This document shows, one piece after another, positions 12,849 through 27,600 of a DNA stretch of 64,000 nt; the first letter of the stretch is position 1; every line of letters starts with the position of its first letter. Source of the stretch: Harriotta raleighana. Its lineage: Eukaryota. The stretch covers positions 834,608 to 898,607 of the forward strand of contig JBNZDD010013608.1 of NCBI GenBank assembly GCA_050575255.1, written 5' to 3'. The translations under genes and the position numbers were made by a program. Below the pieces are notes generated by a model. The model had not been told where the DNA came from. It did no database searches and saw nothing but the letters and a program-made list of their open reading frames with translations.

Positions 12849-14006
12849 TCACAGAAAACACCGTAAAGTGAATTGACTATATATTTTTTCGGCAAAACAA
12901 TATACAAATAAAAATGGCAAGAAATTCATTGTGTTGAATGCAAAATATTAACTATTTACTATTACTCTCTGTCCCCACCCTTTGGAACTCCACCCGCAGT
13001 CCTTTTGCCTTGCTCCCTCCCTTGACTCAATTCTTCTTTTTGACCGTGCTTTCAGCCGCCTTCCTACTTTACCTTGCCTCAAACAACTGTTCAGCGCCTT
13101 GGAATCTCCTCCTGTCATGAAAGGAGCTTTACAAATGTAATTTTGTTGTATTTAGGTTCCCAAGCAAGTGGAAAATGGTTACATGGCTTTCTTCAATCTA
13201 AAAGATCTTGGTTTATGGATTAGCATTTTTTTCTTATGATTTCTGGTCCGCTCAGTATTGAATACTGATCTCCACTAGTGTTGAAACTGCCTCTTTACGG
13301 AAAATTAACTTGTGCTGCTAGAGCAGTGAGAAGTTTATTTTTTGACTGGGGAGAGTGGGTTTCCCCTCTCCTTGGCAGATCAGCTTTTGGAAACAATATT
13401 AAAACAACACACTCTAGGGCTTAGAATGTGCAAGGCTTATACGTGTTTTGTTTCAGTAGCAACAAAGTTGATGGCAATCTGGTTTGAAGTATCCACATAC
13501 CAATATGTGCATTGCCACAAAGTGATCATTAATCAGGAGAAAAGTAACACAAGTAATGCTTTAAAAGTTGCAAACTTTTAATAAGCTTTTGATAAGTACA
13601 CTATTCTTTCACATTGGGATTTGAGGGTCAATTCTGTCCAGACTAGTAGGATGGAAATCTAGTTTGTTTCTCTTCGATGGATATTATGAATTTGATGAAC
13701 AATGAAGTTTGGCAGTCTGGACGTGCTCTTAGTGTTTTGTCTGTATCCAATATACAAACAAATCCATCACCATGTTTAAGAGTCTCTAAACCAAACTACT
13801 GATTAAATCATCTCAGAAAATACAAAGAATGGTAATTTGCTTAGATGACATTCACAATCATTCACCTCATAGAGCAAGTTCTGGTAATGTTTCACAGTGA
13901 CTTTAGGATACTGAGTGGGTGGGGAGACAGGTAGAGATCCAGAGTAGGTGGGGTTACAGTATGCATGGTTGACGTGAACCTAAGCTTGGGCAAAGAGATA
14001 GATTTT

Positions 14007-14515
14007 ACAACAACAACAACAAAATTACACTGATAGAGCTCCTTTCACGTTGGGAGGATGTCCCAAGGTGCTGAACAGTTAGCTCTGGACCTGAGCGGGG
14101 GGGGGGAGGGTCGGGATAGGTGCAGGGGGAAGGAGAGTAGGAAAGAGCAGAGAGTTAAGAGGGCAGTAGAAGGCATGGTCGAAGAGGAAGGTCTTGAGAC
14201 CAGCTTTGAAGGAGGAAAGGGAGAAAGCCAGGCGAAGGGATTGCGGAATGGAGTTCCAGAGTGTGGGGGCAGAGAGACTGAAAGCCCGGCCACTGACTTT
14301 AGCCGGCTTTTGAAGATCGGTTAATAGGGACAAGGTGTAGGGAGGTCCAGAGGGTGGGAGCACAGCTCTGTCTGCTTGGCTACTGATGATGGGGTGGAGT
14401 GGGTACGGAACATGCAACAGAGGTTGCCAAGCAGAGAGGGCAGAGGAGTGATGCTGAGAAGATCACTGTGTTGAGAAGGAGAGAGGGCGTGAAGGTATTT
14501 GTAGATGGACATCTG
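14007..14515 (-). mobile_element. L2 3' fragment with tail
   Basis: GRAFSLSAPTLWNSIPQSLR...FKAGLKTFLF; (caa)n at ~14007-14022. Confidence 0.85.
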
Positions 14516-14642
14516 CTGGTGCTGTGAGAAATCATCCTTTTGATCTCTGAAGCATTTCTGTTAATAAATTTGGTTGCCCAGGAAATATAAGTTTGAATGG
14601 ATTTGAGTGCTTTGCTCTTGACTACAATGACATTAATGATGT

Positions 14643-14968
14643 GGAGTCCTGCAGTTGGTTAGAGCATTTGCCTTGTAAGCGAGAGATCTGGATTTGGTTC
14701 CTGGCAGTTCGAAGTGTTCGACAGGGTGAAATGTTGAGCAAGTTTCCTTACTCCACACGCCTGTTTACCTAGAGTAAGTAGGAACCGGTTGTTAGGCGAT
14801 TACCAGATCTTTTCTGGGGGATACAATTGCTTCAAAAAATATAATAATTTAGTCACTTAATCCACGACTTTTTGTAGGACACTGATGTAAGCAATTGGCT
14901 GCCATGTTTCGCCCACAAATATACAGTGAATTCACTTTCCAGTATATTCTGTGAAACGCTTTGAGACT
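14643..14968 (+). mobile_element. tRNA-derived SINE (subtype B, with agtaagtaggaacc segment)
   Basis: Same head and tail as the 9121 copy, with an extra internal segment. Confidence 0.8.
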
Positions 14969-17715
14969 TTCCGGAATACTGTCTGTCCAGGACTTTGGGA
15001 TGTCCTCCTAACATGATAGGCGCTATACAAATGTAATTTTGTTGTTCTTATATATATTAACCTTTTTAAGACTATTAAAGAACTTTGAAACTATTCTGTT
15101 TCCCACTGAAGTGAAGGAAGCAACCCCAGGATGTGTGCAACTGTAGGATATAGGACAACAACAACAACAACAACAACAAAATTACATTTATAGAGCGCGT
15201 TTCACGTCAGGAGGACGTCCCAAGGCGCTGGACAGATGATTTAAGACATATGTTCATCACCTGAACAGCTCACAAGTCCAGTGCCCTGGCATCTACCATC
15301 TTTCCTGGCAACCTGTTCTAGGCTCAAACTGCTGTCTGAGTAAAGGAAAAACACCAGGTTATCTGACCTGAAATTGCCCTTTACAATTCTAAACTTGTTT
15401 CCTCTTGTTCTTTTGTTTTGTAGATCCTAAAGTTGTTGATCTGAGTTTACTTTTAAATCCATTTAAATTGTTATACGCCTCTCTGAGCTGTCTTCTATCA
15501 AGACTGAAGATGCTTGTCTAATGATTGCTCATTACGCATTCCTCAAACACTGGAGATCATGCTTGTTGAATGCATAGTGTATTCATCAGGTGAGATGGCA
15601 CTGAATCATCAGTGCTGTGAGCTCAGGGAAGGATCTAACTGATTCTATCTGCAGTGAATGATCTAATAGGACATTGTCAAGAATTACACTCCCTTTCAAT
15701 TGATCTGCAAAGTTCGCTAAGTTCCACTAACAAATGCAACAAATTTGCTGGACAATGCGGGGTTTGCATCTCCAATGCTGGTTGGGATCAGAGCAGGATG
15801 AAAGGTGGGACAGAGGGAAAAAGGAGTAAAGGTGACCAAAGACACGGTTGAAAAAGAAGGTCTTGAGATGGGCCTTGAAGGATTTCATTTTGTTAATATT
15901 CCATTACTGGCAGGATAATAATAACAACAACACCTTGCATTTATATCACACCTTTCAACCTGGGAGCAGTGTCAGAACAGCTATATTGACCGTATCATAT
16001 TGTTATTGTGCTTATCCTTAAGCATTTGTCTAGATATATGCCCTGCATTTTATGAAGTTACTTGTGAGTTACATATTTCAATTGTTTCTGGTAATTTCTT
16101 TATTCTGAGGATTGCTTTTTGAGAAGTGAAATCCTTTGCTACATGATGAAATGTTGTGGTATGCTCATAAACTTGCAAACCATGGACTTTGATTGGGAAG
16201 TTAACAATACTTGGAAAAATGGATTTTGTAAGAATTTTAAAAATCTTATTGAGGCAAAAAATAATACATTCTTAAGGAATAAGGCTTTGGTACCATTTAT
16301 GATTGCTCTTCTTTGTTTATGTGCATTTTTGGAATTCTGGGTGTATTTTTGTAGTTTGTTACTTAATTGTATTATGCAATGCTCTAAGATGCTATCCAAA
16401 TTGAAGGGTTCTTTGTAAACGCAAGTTGTCATTTTTATTGTTTGGCAGTGACACATTTGGTTCTGTTGTATGGGATACAAACTGCTGTCAATGGTAGGAA
16501 ATGAAAATTAACAGAGCAGTGAATAGCTGACAGCTCAAAAAGAAGCAGATGTGAAAATAGATAATAAAGTACATGGGAATGATTAAAGTAGGATAAGCAA
16601 AGGGAGAAACCATGATTGATTGAGTAATGCAAGGAAAATTACTCCAGTGTAAATTGCAGGAGATGTACGAAATAAAAGTTGTGTATTTCAACAAAGAGAA
16701 TTTACATTTATATAATACCTTCCACATCAGGAAGACGTCTCAATGCTCTTCATGTAACTGACTTTGTTCAAGCAGTGAGCAGGGGTGGGAGGCTGAAAGT
16801 ACGATCAAATACTGATAAATCAGAAAGTGTTGTAACAAAATAAGCAGTTATTACACGTTACAGTAAAATCCTGAAGTGCTTTGAGATGTTCAGATTATTT
16901 TGATAAGGTGCTATATCAAGTGCAAGGATTATTGTTATAAATTCTAATATCAGACTGAAATATGATTATGCTTTGTCAAGTCTATTTGGAGGAAAGTAAC
17001 TATTTATTACTTGTTTTTAAAAACGCAGCTTCGGTTAAGGATACTTTATTTCATTCGCATTTCCACATAAGCTGATACTAATCATCATGTTTTAATAGTG
17101 CTTATTATTGCCACTCATTAGCAATGTGCTTTTTGTTCCATATTACAAACCATACCTAGGACATTCACACTCTTTAGTTCTACTGTCATTTTATGCAATG
17201 GTACACTGCATAGAATGATAATGGGCGGTTTCATCTAACATGAGGAGTGCATATCTTAATAAGCAATATTACCTTGTTTTGAGAGTTTCATTCTTACAGA
17301 TTCATATCATATCGCAAGAATATGAAAATCCGTTACAGAGCAGAATGTATTAGAAAGTCTCTCCATGGCAGTGCTGTAAATTTGGTCACGCATATCGGCC
17401 AGATGGCCAGTTCCAGAATTCAGGGAAGACATGCCCCTGATATTGACCTTCATATGTCGCCAAACTCCATCACTGTGTGACGTGCATCTTACATTCCCCT
17501 AATAGAAATATCTTCATTATTATTATTTCATTTACTTTATGTGCTGTATCGAAATGTAAAGTGAAATTTCTTTCTAATACATCATGAACTAATGCTCGAG
17601 CTCACAATGTAGTGCCGTAAACTTTTTGGAGCGTTTTCAAATATTGGATTTCAATGATCTTAAGATATAAGATTCAATAGAAGGAAGGATAATTTTACTT
17701 TTCTTAAAGCTGTTA

Positions 17716-18198
17716 CAGTAAAAGTCCTTTAATCCGGCACCTGATAATCTGTAAAACCTTATAGTCTAGCATCTGCGACAGTCCGTTTTTTTGCAATCTG
17801 CGCATCTCTATGCTCATCTCTTCCCAGAGATCCTTCACTCTACTCAGTGTATTTTCCTCGGGGGCCCGTCACTGATGTCATGGTTATATCACTGACGTAA
17901 CGTGTGCATATGTGCTTTAATAAGTGCGCGCGGGCAATTTTATTATTTAAAAAATTAACTTTCGTCCAGTGGGATGCCTCTGTAGGTGGCCCGCCTGCTC
18001 CACTGGGCTGGGGAGAGCTCTGGTTTTCATTATACAGGTATGTAACATAGATAAGAGCACAGGGATGGGAGGATTTGAGTGTGATTTGACAGCACACTCA
18101 AATCCTCCCATGCCTAAGAGTAACGTCCAATAATCCAGCATATCCGATAATTCTGCACTGCCTAGGTCACCACCAAGCCGGATTATCAGACTTTTAGG
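17716..18198. mobile_element. Tigger/pogo-like MITE
   Basis: ta|cagtaaaagtcctttaatccggc ... gccggattatcagacttttagg|ta; imperfect TIRs with TA flanks. Confidence 0.75.
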
Positions 18199-18393
18199 TA
18201 CCTCTAATTTCCCACCAAAAATGTTTCTGTTAAAATTCCAATATGGAGTTCAACCAAATAATTTTTGTTTATGATCATAGTTTATATCATATAAAGATGA
18301 TTATAATTAAGCGTACTGCCATAGGATTCCATTATCAATGATTGAAAAAAAGTGTGGAGATACCATCACTCTTCTTTCTCTATCAATTCTTGG

Positions 18394-18759
18394 ATAATAA
18401 TAATAATAATCCTTGCATTTGGTATAGCACCTTATCACGTCTTCGAGACGCCTCAAAGCACTTCACTGAATATACTGTAAAGTGAATTGACTATATATTC
18501 TATGAGTGAAATATGGCAGCCAATTGCACACAGCAGTGTCCCACAAATAATTGTGAATCGAGTGACCAATTTCTTACTTTTTTGCAAAAAGAATTATTAC
18601 CGCAGGAAAAGTGATCGGCCAATCGAGTAACAACTGGGTTTATACCTACTGCTCGGTAAACAGAGGCGTATGGAGTAAAGAAACGTGCCCTGTCCAGGAA
18701 TCAAACCCACGTCTCTCACTTGTGAGTCGAGAACTCTAACCACTGAGCCTCAGGACTCC
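18394..18759 (-). mobile_element. tRNA-derived SINE (subtype B)
   Basis: (taa)n-tccttgcatttg tail and ctctaaccactgagc...caggactcc head. Confidence 0.85.
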
Positions 18760-18799
18760 CATGATTACGATTCCCTTCCTGCACCTCGCTCATTGACGT

Positions 18800-19070
18800 C
18801 CTTCATGTCTTGAGTGACACTAGGTTATTCGACTGTAGGAGGTATCACAGTCACACCTGGTCATGTCCTAGCTCAACATTCACACAGGATGCCCTGCAGC
18901 AGGGATCTTTGGCGAGTGACCAGGAGCACGAGGCAGGTTGATTTATTTTCTTCTTGTTCAAGGGAAGCTGATGCCAATTGTAGCAACCCAAATTCACCAC
19001 AAACCCAGACTTAAACGTTTGATTGTCTGTTTTGCTTGACTATGTGCTGCACTAGACAGTGCTTTACTCA
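18800..19070 (-). mobile_element. Ancient SINE remnant, AmnSINE2-like
   Basis: Minus strand ggttgctacaattggcatcagc...aaatcaacc...gctcctggtc...ccctgctg...ctgtgatacc; family name from recalled consensus. Confidence 0.5.
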
Positions 19071-19317
19071 TGATCACAGAAGGTGCTACAGAAATGTAAT
19101 TTTGTTGTTGTTGTTGATTGTTGTAACGAACAGGAACATTTTCTGAGCTGCTTTTAAATTAACATTGGGAGCAATGAGCAAATGCAATATTGGTAGCTTC
19201 TCCAGGAAAAAAAAAGCTACACTAATATCACTAAAATGAATCTGCTTACAATAAAATCACTTTCTAAAACAAAATCTGTTCCATTCTGTAGCACGAGTGA
19301 CTGCTTCTGAATGGAGT

Positions 19318-19608
19318 GAAGCCCTGTAGCTCAGTGGTTAGAGCACTCGCCTTACAAGCATGAGACCTGTGTTCTTGGGCAAGTTTCCTTGCTCCACATG
19401 CCTAATAATAATCCCTCCAAAAAAACATACAATAATAAAATGGGTCATTTCAATCCATGACTGTTTGTGGGACACTGCTGTGCGCAATTGACTGCCGCAT
19501 TTCATCACAAATATACAGTCAATTCACTTTACAGTTTATTCTGTGAAGCGCTTTGAGACATCTAGAAGATGTGAAAAGCGCTATATCAAATGCAAGAATT
19601 ATTATTAT
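19318..19608 (+). mobile_element. tRNA-derived SINE (subtype A)
   Basis: cctgtagctcagtggttagagcactcgccttacaagc head; att-repeat tail. Confidence 0.9.
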
Positions 19609-21310
19609 TTACGTAGCGTTTTTATTTACATTTCCTGAGGTGAAGAACGACTGCAGAGTGGAGAATATGAAGGACATTTTGTTGCAGAACTCCATTGCAT
19701 TGGGAGGGGATGGATAGCTGCAAGACCTAGAATCTCCCCAGCTCTATTCCTCTTTCATCCGAGAGATGAACAGCAGGAATGTGCAAGAGTTGGAAGAGAT
19801 CACATTGCAAAAGAACATGACCTTTGCCGATTCATTTTCTTAACCTTGTCTGCAAGGAGTTCTACTGTTTTAATCATGTATCCGGGAAGCCATTAGTTTC
19901 CATTTGTAAACAAAGCTTTCTTCACCAGCTGTACAAGTCTAAGACAAAATCAATAGCTTTGAGATGGTCAGAGAAACGAGTGTGCAGCTCTGCGTTAGTT
20001 TCAACCACTCACAGACATACAAATTGGTAGACAATAGACTCAATATGTGGCAGAAACCTATTACTTGTCTTTCATTTTATGTATTGCATCCATTAATTCC
20101 ATTATTGTTTTGCATTACTTGAAGTAATGGGTGACTTCCCATCAGGAGCAGTTGAGAGATCAATTTGAGAGATCCGTTATTTAGGCAAATGAGAAGAAGG
20201 GGAAGGATATCAATGGTAGACGGCAATAGGATTCATTAATGATTGATCTGTGGGGTTTCAAGGGTTACATTTGGGTGGGAAGTAGTTTTAACCAAGACTC
20301 TATAAGTCCCTGAACTACTTTCACATACTGCCATATTCAATGGATATGTGATATATTGATATATGTGATGTAAACACAATATAAACTAACTGGGCTTGAT
20401 ATCTTAATGTGTAAGGTCCTTTCTCAACATCTCTTGCACAACACATCTTGACATTAGGGAACGTATTGTGCGCAAAATCATAGTCATCAATCTGGGCTGC
20501 ATCACTCCAGCAAGTACAGTACATTGAAGCTTCAGTATATTTTTCTGCCATGCATAGTATTTCAAGCGTGAATAAGATTAGTTAATAAGTAACTAGTGAG
20601 TTCTGAAAGTCTTTTTTTTAATGTGTATGTTTGGGGAGAGAAGATGTCAAATGGTTTCTGATGCAGTGCAATTTTAACAATGAATAGACATGACCTTGAC
20701 TTAATATGTGACAAAGTTCAAATAGTAGATATCTGGTTGGGGAGGGGGTCACTATTTGTTATAATCCTACCTTTCAAGCCCCACATCTGTGCTTTTACCT
20801 TCTCAGCTCGCTCTCACCTCTAACATTGTCCATCTCTGCTACTAACGCGACACACTAACATCACATCCAGGCTTGACTACATTTCACCCACAAATATACA
20901 GTCAATTCACTTTACAGTATATTCTGTGAAGCGCTTTGAGACATCGATAATATGTGAAAAGCGCTCTATAAAAATACAAGGATTATTATTATTAGTATTA
21001 TTATTAATAAAGCTCTACCCACTGAACTCCCCAGTTTATGTGTGCACAAGACCTTATTTCTATTTCTTTGACATATTTATGCCATATCGACATGTCCAGA
21101 ACCCCTCCACTCAGCAAGATCTGGCTTGCTTCCCATCCCCTGTCCTAGCATCGTCTACCCACCACCCTTTGGAACTCCATCCCACGGATCCTTCACCTTG
21201 CTCACACCTTTGCCTCATTCAAACCACATCTCAAGACCCTCCTCTTCGACTGCACTTTTGATCACCCTCCTATCTCTACTCTCTCTATCCTTCACCCCTC
21301 CTAATCCCAA

Positions 21311-21635
21311 TCCCTGTAGTTTAGTGGTTAGAACACTCACTTCACAAGTGAGAGGACCAAGGTTTGGGCAGGGCAAAAACGTTTAGCGAGTTTCCTAACA
21401 TCACACCCCTCTGTTCACCTATCAGTAAGTAGGAACCCAGTTGTCAGTCAATCAGCAGATTGTTTTTCCGAGAGTAATATTCATTAGAAAAAAAGTTGGT
21501 CACTCAATCCACGGCTGTTTGTGGCACACTCCTATGAGCAATTCCGAACACAAAATGTAGAGTCAATTATTCTGTGAAGCGCTTTGAGACATCTCAAATT
21601 TGTGAGAAGGCACTATGTCAAATGCAAGGATTAAT
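21311..21635 (+). mobile_element. tRNA-derived SINE (subtype B)
   Basis: Head, agtaagtaggaacccag segment and tail present. Confidence 0.8.
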
Positions 21636-23699
21636 ATATTTTTTATTATAAACCCACTGCTTGGGTCCAGACCTCTGCTGTAGTTGTTGGAAAATATGAT
21701 ATTGTAATAGCTATCAATAAGATAATTTCTTTAGCAAGAGGCTGTGTACAAAAGTTGCACAATTAAATCGTCAAATTTTGAGGAAGTTAGAAATTTCCCT
21801 TATACTGTTTGATGTATTGTTTGAAGACTGAAAAAGAACAAAGTCGTGTATTCTGCTCTTATCTACCATTGAGTTACAGATTGCTATTAGACAATTTTCC
21901 AAGTTAACATTTGGCCAAATGCAGCAATTAATTTTTCAGCTTGCTACAATTAATTTCCAATTGGACTTAATTAAACACAAAAATGTAGAAATGAAATTAA
22001 TCATTATACCGCATTGCACAAAATCATTAAAATCAAAGTACAACTAATGGGAACGCAGCTCTGTATCATAGTGGGCCAAGCGAGGGGTTCCTGCTGTTGA
22101 TGCATTTTAAGGATTTAATGATGTGCATTATGAGTGTATTTTAACTTACTAAAGTTGTATATAAGATAAATCAAGTTGACGCAATGTAAAATGTTGGCTG
22201 GATGGTGTAGCAGGTTAGCATACTGTTCTTTCACTTCTGCACTGGTTTTCAATCTCTCATTGAAAAGTGAAATGGGGGGTAGATGGTCTTAATCCATTTG
22301 CTTGTGAATATGGTCTATGGTGCACATTGGCCCACAGTTGGTAATAGACCAACTGTCTACGTCAGGTGGTCGAATGGTTTGTATGGGGAATGGAAGTACA
22401 TACAATATTACTCCAGGGGTGCTGCTGTCATAAGGGTGGAGTTCAGATAATTTACTGGGACAGTGGGAAACATTTTGATACATTCGCAGTATTGCGATGT
22501 GCACATAATGTTGTGGGAAAACACTTTGATGGTTAGGAGGGACAATTTCAGAGTTGTTTTTTTTAACACAGAGTAATGGAATGAGTTACCAAAAAGAGGT
22601 CATGAGGGTGGACTTGTTTACAAAATAGCTTTTGTATGCGGCTGTGTGTTGGCGAGCAGATGGATGAAGAGCTGATATCATCTAATCCTCACCTGTGAAC
22701 AATAGGATCAGTGTGCATCTAGAGCGTTAAATGTGGAATCCTGTGGCACTAATCCCTCAAAAAAAAGTTGATTATCTCAATCTATGACTGTTTGTGGGAT
22801 ATTGCTGTGTGCAATTGGTTGTCGAGTTTCGCCTACAAGTATACAATGTATTCACTTTACAGTATTGTATATTCACATTACAGTATATTCTGTGAAGCAC
22901 TTTGAGATGTCCAGAAGATGTGAAAAGCTCTATATCAAATGCAGGAATTACTATTATTATCTATACTTAGAAATACCAGTTAGATCATTAAAATATATTG
23001 TCTAGTTCTCTGTCCATATTCTTTCTGAACAGTTGAGAGAATAGATTGTAAATACGGTGTTATCAATGCAGCATTGACATTGATTATATTCGAGCTACTT
23101 CTTAAATTTGCTCTTGGAAGTCCAATATGATCAGGTCATTAATGGGTGATCTACAGCAGCTCAATGTGGCTTATTTTTAGTGTAGTGATCCCTCTTCTCG
23201 GCCATTGAAAATCTCTTTGTCCATTTAAAGTAAAAGGAGTGCATGGAATAGAAGTGATACCACATTGATTGCATAGTTAACATGATTAACATTAACACAG
23301 TTGCGACTGATCTAACAAAGAGAATCATTTCTAGTCTTAGATAGTACGCTTTTTGTGCCGATTGCTGTGAAAAACTGTACCAACTTGATATGTCAAAAAT
23401 AGTCTCTTTAAAAACTCTTGACTGTATTGTCATATTTACTGCACCTGAAAAGAACATCTTTTGTTTTGTTTGTTTTCTATAGCTCCCTAGCAGGAGAGAT
23501 TATTTTTAGTGTTCCATGTGCTTCCTTCCAATTGATAATATCCGCAGTAATTTGAGAGAGAGATTAATTCAGAATGCTCCTGAATGCCTTCTATATTGAG
23601 CACAGCCAGTAATAAGAGAACATGCTGCTTTCTTGTCATTGTTGTTTTAAATTACATGAGATGAATGGAGCTCCAGACTGCATTTTTGAACTGTCCCCT

Positions 23700-24620
23700 T
23701 TCCGGTCTCCCAAGCTCCACCGTCCACAGGATCCAGCTGATTCAAAATTCCATCACACATACTAAATTCTGTACCCCCATCAGACCACATCTAGCCACTG
23801 GCTCCCTATCACTTAATGGATTGATTTCAAGATCCTCATAATGTAATAAGGTATCCTTGACTCGATGAACTGGAAACCCCGTTGAACCGGAAACCTCAAA
23901 AAAAAAGTCCTGATTCGATAAACCGGAAGTTATCTGGCAGAATAGTGATGACGCATTTAATGAATCGATTGTTGCACGCGAATACTGGTGCAGGTATTTC
24001 GGCTGGCCCGCTAGTTGAGTCTAAATTCACTCCTGCTCCTTTTAAAAGTCATGTATTTTTTACCTCCATTGGGTGAGGGCTGCCATTGCGAAGTTAAGTA
24101 TACATAATAAAGTACTAATACAATATTCTGTTATTATTTAGTCTATTATTAATATGGTATGTGTTCAAATAATTTGTAATTTTAAAAAAAAAGTTCAACT
24201 GGAAAACCATTTAACCGCCACTGGCCAGGTCCCGTGGGTGCCAGACAAATGAGGCTTTACTGTATTAGTTTTCAAATCCCTTCATGCCCTGCACTTCCCC
24301 ACCTTTCTGACCTGCTTACACCCCAACCCGCCACCTCCGCTCGACTGGTTACGGCCTTCTGCATTTCACTCATGCCCTCCGTTCCACCATTGGTGGCCCA
24401 CTTTCAGCCACAATGCCCCGAAATTCTGTAACCCTCTTTCTCTATCCCCTCCTTATCCCTTCCTTCCACATTTTCAGGTCTCGCCTGAAGACTTTCCTCT
24501 TCGACCGTGCCTACGGTCACCTCCCTCTTCCCTGATTCAGCGACATGTTCCATCACTGTAAAGTGCTTTGGGATGCTACTTGGCTGAGGGAAGCTGTATA
24601 AGTTCAAATTGCTGTTGTTC
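23700..24620 (+). mobile_element. L2 3' fragment interrupted by a Tigger-like MITE (~23843-24262)
   Basis: L2 cactggctccctatc...ttcaagatcctc resumes after gaggctttactg|ta. MITE internal sequence is shared with the 63020 copy. Confidence 0.75.
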
Positions 24621-27600
24621 CAGTTGAGGAAATGATTTAGGTGCACCACATTTTTCACTTGTTATGTATGTTCTATGATTTAAGAACAACAAGAACAATA
24701 CAAGTACCAATTCATATTTATAAAATATCTTACATACTAGGAGGATATCCCAAGGCGTTCAACAAACCTGGCTTGGCACTTGAGCTGGGGGTAGTAGTTG
24801 AGAGCGCTGGGGAAGAGAAGGTTATCACTGAAAGTGGGATCAAAGAGGTAGAACAACAACATTTATGTAGCTCCCTTAACATAGTGCTGTAATAAGTGTC
24901 TTGAAGTGCTGCACAATGGCAGTGTTGGTCAATGTGCAAGAGAGTGGAGGGAGGGCGAGGTTTCATGTAGACCAGTCAAAGAGGTCAGTCTTAAGGATGA
25001 ATTTAAAGATATGTACGGAGGGGGTGAGACAGATTAGATACAGTGAGTTCCAGAGGTTACGGTTGAAGGGACTGAAGGCATATACTTGCTTCCAAAAACT
25101 TTGCCTTGTTTCTCCTCTATGTTTTACGCACTTAATTTAGTGTTGCAGACTTGATATGCTATTTGAGAAATCATTCTTGAAACAAAATGCAGCATGAACT
25201 ACAAATGGCTACTTTTCTAATTAAAACAGCTCATTTTGTTGGGTGTGAATACTGTAACAGAGGGTGGTGGGTGAGAGAGATGCTTTTGTTTCACTAAGTG
25301 CATTAATTTCAGCACTCATTAGCTCAACACGTGTAATGATGCAGTATTGTAGAGATACTGCTTAAGAAGGGAAAGACTCAGTTAAAGAATAATCAATTTT
25401 AAATGGCCAATACAAAACAATTTAGAGGGAGAAGACCAGGCCACCGATGAAAGTTAATCAAGCTTGATCTGAATGTAATGCTCATAAAGTAGCAGAATAA
25501 AGAATTATACTGTATGCCAGAAAACTCAGCAACAATTTTGTCAACTGTCTTACATTTATATTTTTTGACAGTGCCACGAGCTAGGAATTTGAATTGACTG
25601 ATCCAGTGTTCCTAATCTATGCAGTTGTTTGAGGTTGTCTAATAGAGTATTATCCTCACCTGTGACCTGAACACCAAGAATTATTGACCATAAAAATTCA
25701 GAACCCTGTTGATTAAAATCACCTTCCAGTGGCCATTGGCAAAGCAAACTTGCAAGCTCATAAATATTGCTACTCCTACAGGTTTGCAACTCTCAAAATC
25801 TGATTGGGTACCAATGAACTACTGCTAAAATCAACACACAGTCAAAGGAGTTGCTGATTCTTACATTTTCTAGAGACTATAGAAGAGTGTAAAAGTATTT
25901 CCCAGAAAAGAGTGTTAATAGGAATTTCTCATCATATTGACTATTAAGATCTGTTTTAGCCCACTGTTTGGCTAAATCTGCATTCTTGACGAGCTGATGA
26001 GATTTTCTCCTCCTTTTTGATTGAAATTGGCATGGATTTGAGGGAAATCTGCGGATTTGGGGCTTCTTTGCCAGATTGGGGCCTGTGGCTGAGGGAGAAG
26101 CTAAAGAAGAGGGGGGAGATTTCAACCACAAACCTGTCACTATTTATAGGACAAAACATGAGCCGACAATTAAATCTGAAGTACATTATTGCTGAATGAA
26201 TTTCCAAATAATTATTTTTCTTCCCACGGAAGCTGGTACAGTAATTGATAACATGCAAAAATTTTTATCCCAAGATCTGAGCAGTGTGGAGCGCAATGTA
26301 TATTTTACATTTCTCATCCCATCGCATTAGTACCCTGAGAAAGAAGCAAGAAGATGCATTTTTATAACACCCTGTGTTGAACGTTTCAGAGAACTTTACC
26401 TACAAAAGCAACAATCAAACTAGACAATAATTATCTGCAAATGTGGCAGCCATTTGCACCAGCAAAGGGCCACAAACAGCCATGACCGACTTAATTGCAG
26501 GCTTTCTGGCTATTACACTGGGAGATGCTCTCTTCTCTTTTCAAATAGCAATGTGGAATTTTTAACAATCACTACAACGGATAGACAGGAGGAAGGGAAT
26601 TCTAGATTAGAATTTGGAGAGTGGCTGATGCTCAAAGGAAACTGGGGATGGAAAGGAAAGTCATTCAGTCGCAAGCAAGCCATATGCAGCCACAGCAGTT
26701 TGCCATGCCATGGAACAGGATTGCCACAGCACGATGCCTATCTCATGACAAAGATCTGGCACCACGGTGATCCAACAAATGAGACCTTGGTGACTTTAGA
26801 GAGCATTGTGGAGTCTTAGAGGACGTAAAACTTGCATGACATAGTTGCGGAGTCTTTTTGCACTGTTCTTATAATTTAAAGGTCATGTCAAATACAGGCA
26901 AAAGGATTCTAGGATATCTACAAATTGTTGATTATTTTGCTCTGGGATAAGTGCAGCAGGTCAGTGTTGCTGGGATGAATAGCAAACTGCGAACAATGTA
27001 ATCGACCGCTAGATTTGCACTGGAGTTTGGACTGGATAAAGCAACAACTTGCAAAATTGTTTTTTTTCCACTCATTTGAGTTGGCATCATGTACATCTGG
27101 AACAGGTAGGACTTAACTGGGACAATACATTGTATGGGTTTTGCCAGATGGTGGTATTTCTGAATATCAGCAGACTTGTTGGTGTAAGAGCCATTTTATT
27201 GTAAAACTAATATAACTTTAACTGGAGCTGTTGATGTCCAGCTGGAAACATTTCTTTACAGTACGGAGAAGAATTGGAAGCATTAACAGTCTCTTTATTC
27301 AGGAGAAATGAACATTTGTTGTGTGGAACAATGACACAGGATCTACACTATTCAACTGAAACACATTAAAGTAATGAGTCGACTTTATTGGGGTGCCTTT
27401 GCTTCTAGTCCTCTGATACATTTGTAGTCTATTTTGTTGTTGTACATGTAGTAGAAGCAATTGGAAGCCCCTATGCTATTTGTAGTTTTTAGCTTACAAG
27501 TAACACAATTGCCATTGACAGGTCTACACAACACAGGCTCTGACAGCTTGTACAGCAGCTTTTCTTTTTCCACTGAGACGATGATAGACAGATTGAATCT

